Shown here: positions 57,277-58,017 of the stretch, one piece after another
Layout of the letters: the number at the start of each line of letters is the position of its first letter
Numbering within the stretch: position 1 is the first letter of the stretch
IMG/VR virus record: IMGVR_UViG_3300044993_000766
Coordinates: 1-58,017 of that record
Direction: 5' to 3' (one strand)
Source of the DNA: a virus
Taxonomy: Duplodnaviria > Caudoviricetes
Length of the DNA: 58,017 nucleotides
The notes under the pieces: model-generated
What the model saw: the letters and a program-made list of their open reading frames with translations, nothing else
Databases searched by the model: none
What the model was told of the DNA's origin: nothing
Made by a program: the position numbers and the translations under genes

Positions 57277-58017
57277 ATGACGCCGCGCCCTCACAGCTCA
57301 AAACCCTCACCAGCCGACATCGCCGCTGCCCAGCGCCTCCGCGCACACTGGCTGGAACGCGGCAGCAAGCCGACCCAGCTCCAACTCGCCACCGCCCTGG
57401 GCGTGACCCAGGGCGCGATCAGTCATTACCTGAACGGTCGGAACAAGATGAGCTTCACGACGCTCGCGCTGCTCTGCCGGGAATTGGAAATCGACCCCTC
57501 GGCGATCCGCACCGATCTACCTGAACAGCAGTTGCTGTCCTCGCCGAATGAGGCGGCCACCGGGCGGGTGTCTATCGCAGCCACTGAGACGCGCGGAGCC
57601 TACGTTCGTGTCTCACAGCTAGACGCGACAGCAGCAATGGGCGAAGGCACGATCAACGCGGATTACCCTGAAATCATAGGCTCGATCGACATCGCGGCGA
57701 GCTATTTGCGCAACCTCTTCGGTTACGTGCCGCCGGCCGGACGCCTACGCATCATCACCGGCCGGGGCGAGTCGATGGCCCCCAAGATCATGCCCGGCGA
57801 TACCTTGATCGTGGATACCGGCATTACCGCTTACCAAGGGGATGGCATCTACTTGGTCAACAGCGGCCACGGTCAGCAGATCAAACTGCTACAGGATCGC
57901 GGCGATGCGCTCTACGTGTGCAGCGTCAACCCCGACTACCCCGCCTTCCCCGCGCCGCGATCATTGGTCATCGGCGGCAAGGTCTGCGTGAAGAACCGTT
58001 TTGAGCGGCTTGAATAA
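57277..58017 (+). CDS. cI: CI-like repressor (XRE HTH + S24 peptidase)
   Basis: TQLQLATALGVTQGAISHYLNG HTH; AAMG cleavage region; GESMAP Ser and QIKLL Lys catalytic dyad. Confidence 0.93.
   Translation: MTPRPHSSKPSPADIAAAQRLRAHWLERGSKPTQLQLATALGVTQGAISHYLNGRNKMSFTTLALLCRELEIDPSAIRTDLPEQQLLSSPNEAATGRVSIAATETRGAYVRVSQLDATAAMGEGTINADYPEIIGSIDIAASYLRNLFGYVPPAGRLRIITGRGESMAPKIMPGDTLIVDTGITAYQGDGIYLVNSGHGQQIKLLQDRGDALYVCSVNPDYPAFPAPRSLVIGGKVCVKNRFERLE

Larger units (their letters stand above)
1..58017. mobile_element. Temperate podovirus-like prophage with accessory cargo (extends beyond the right edge)
   Basis: Integrase, cI/cro, replication, Q, terminase, portal, scaffold, capsid, tail tubular and ejection genes in coherent order; no tape-measure or sheath gene recognised; att sites not visible. 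Confidence 0.92.

Noticed and set aside
1-58017. CRISPR array, rRNA, IS transposase, or inteins in TerL/DnaB
   Set aside because: No regularly spaced repeats or transposase motifs seen; TerL and DnaB have ordinary lengths

Overview
Most of an integrated temperate, podovirus-like prophage, probably from a Xanthomonadales/Lysobacteraceae host (inferred from an XVIPCD-bearing effector). Left to right: a P4-type tyrosine integrase (1-1239), then about 13 kb of cargo. The cargo holds a 1727-aa Xanthomonadales T4SS effector with an apparent two-toxin layout (N-terminal CD38/ADP-ribosyl-cyclase-like domain plus Tle1/DUF2235 phospholipase, PG-binding domain, XVIPCD) preceded by two candidate immunity genes. 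It also holds a regulatory island: four tandem-domain CsrA-like genes, a divergent HTH-S24 repressor with substituted catalytic residues, a MASE1 pseudo-kinase with a GGA-rich leader, and a secreted protein. The minus-strand late region follows: a 4724-aa DarB-like methyltransferase/SNF2 polyvalent protein (containing a probable fully nested out-of-frame gene), ejection proteins, tail and adaptor genes interrupted by two moron clusters (including an HExxH peptidase + HEPN pair), capsid, scaffold, Cys-rich fibre genes, portal, TerL and TerS. Next come an atypical initiator-like tRNA-Met(CAT), a Q-like antiterminator, DnaB, a replication initiator, and the cro/cI switch at the right end. All calls come from motifs read by eye and from gene context; no database searches were run. 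Several starts were moved to downstream codons with better ribosome-binding sites.
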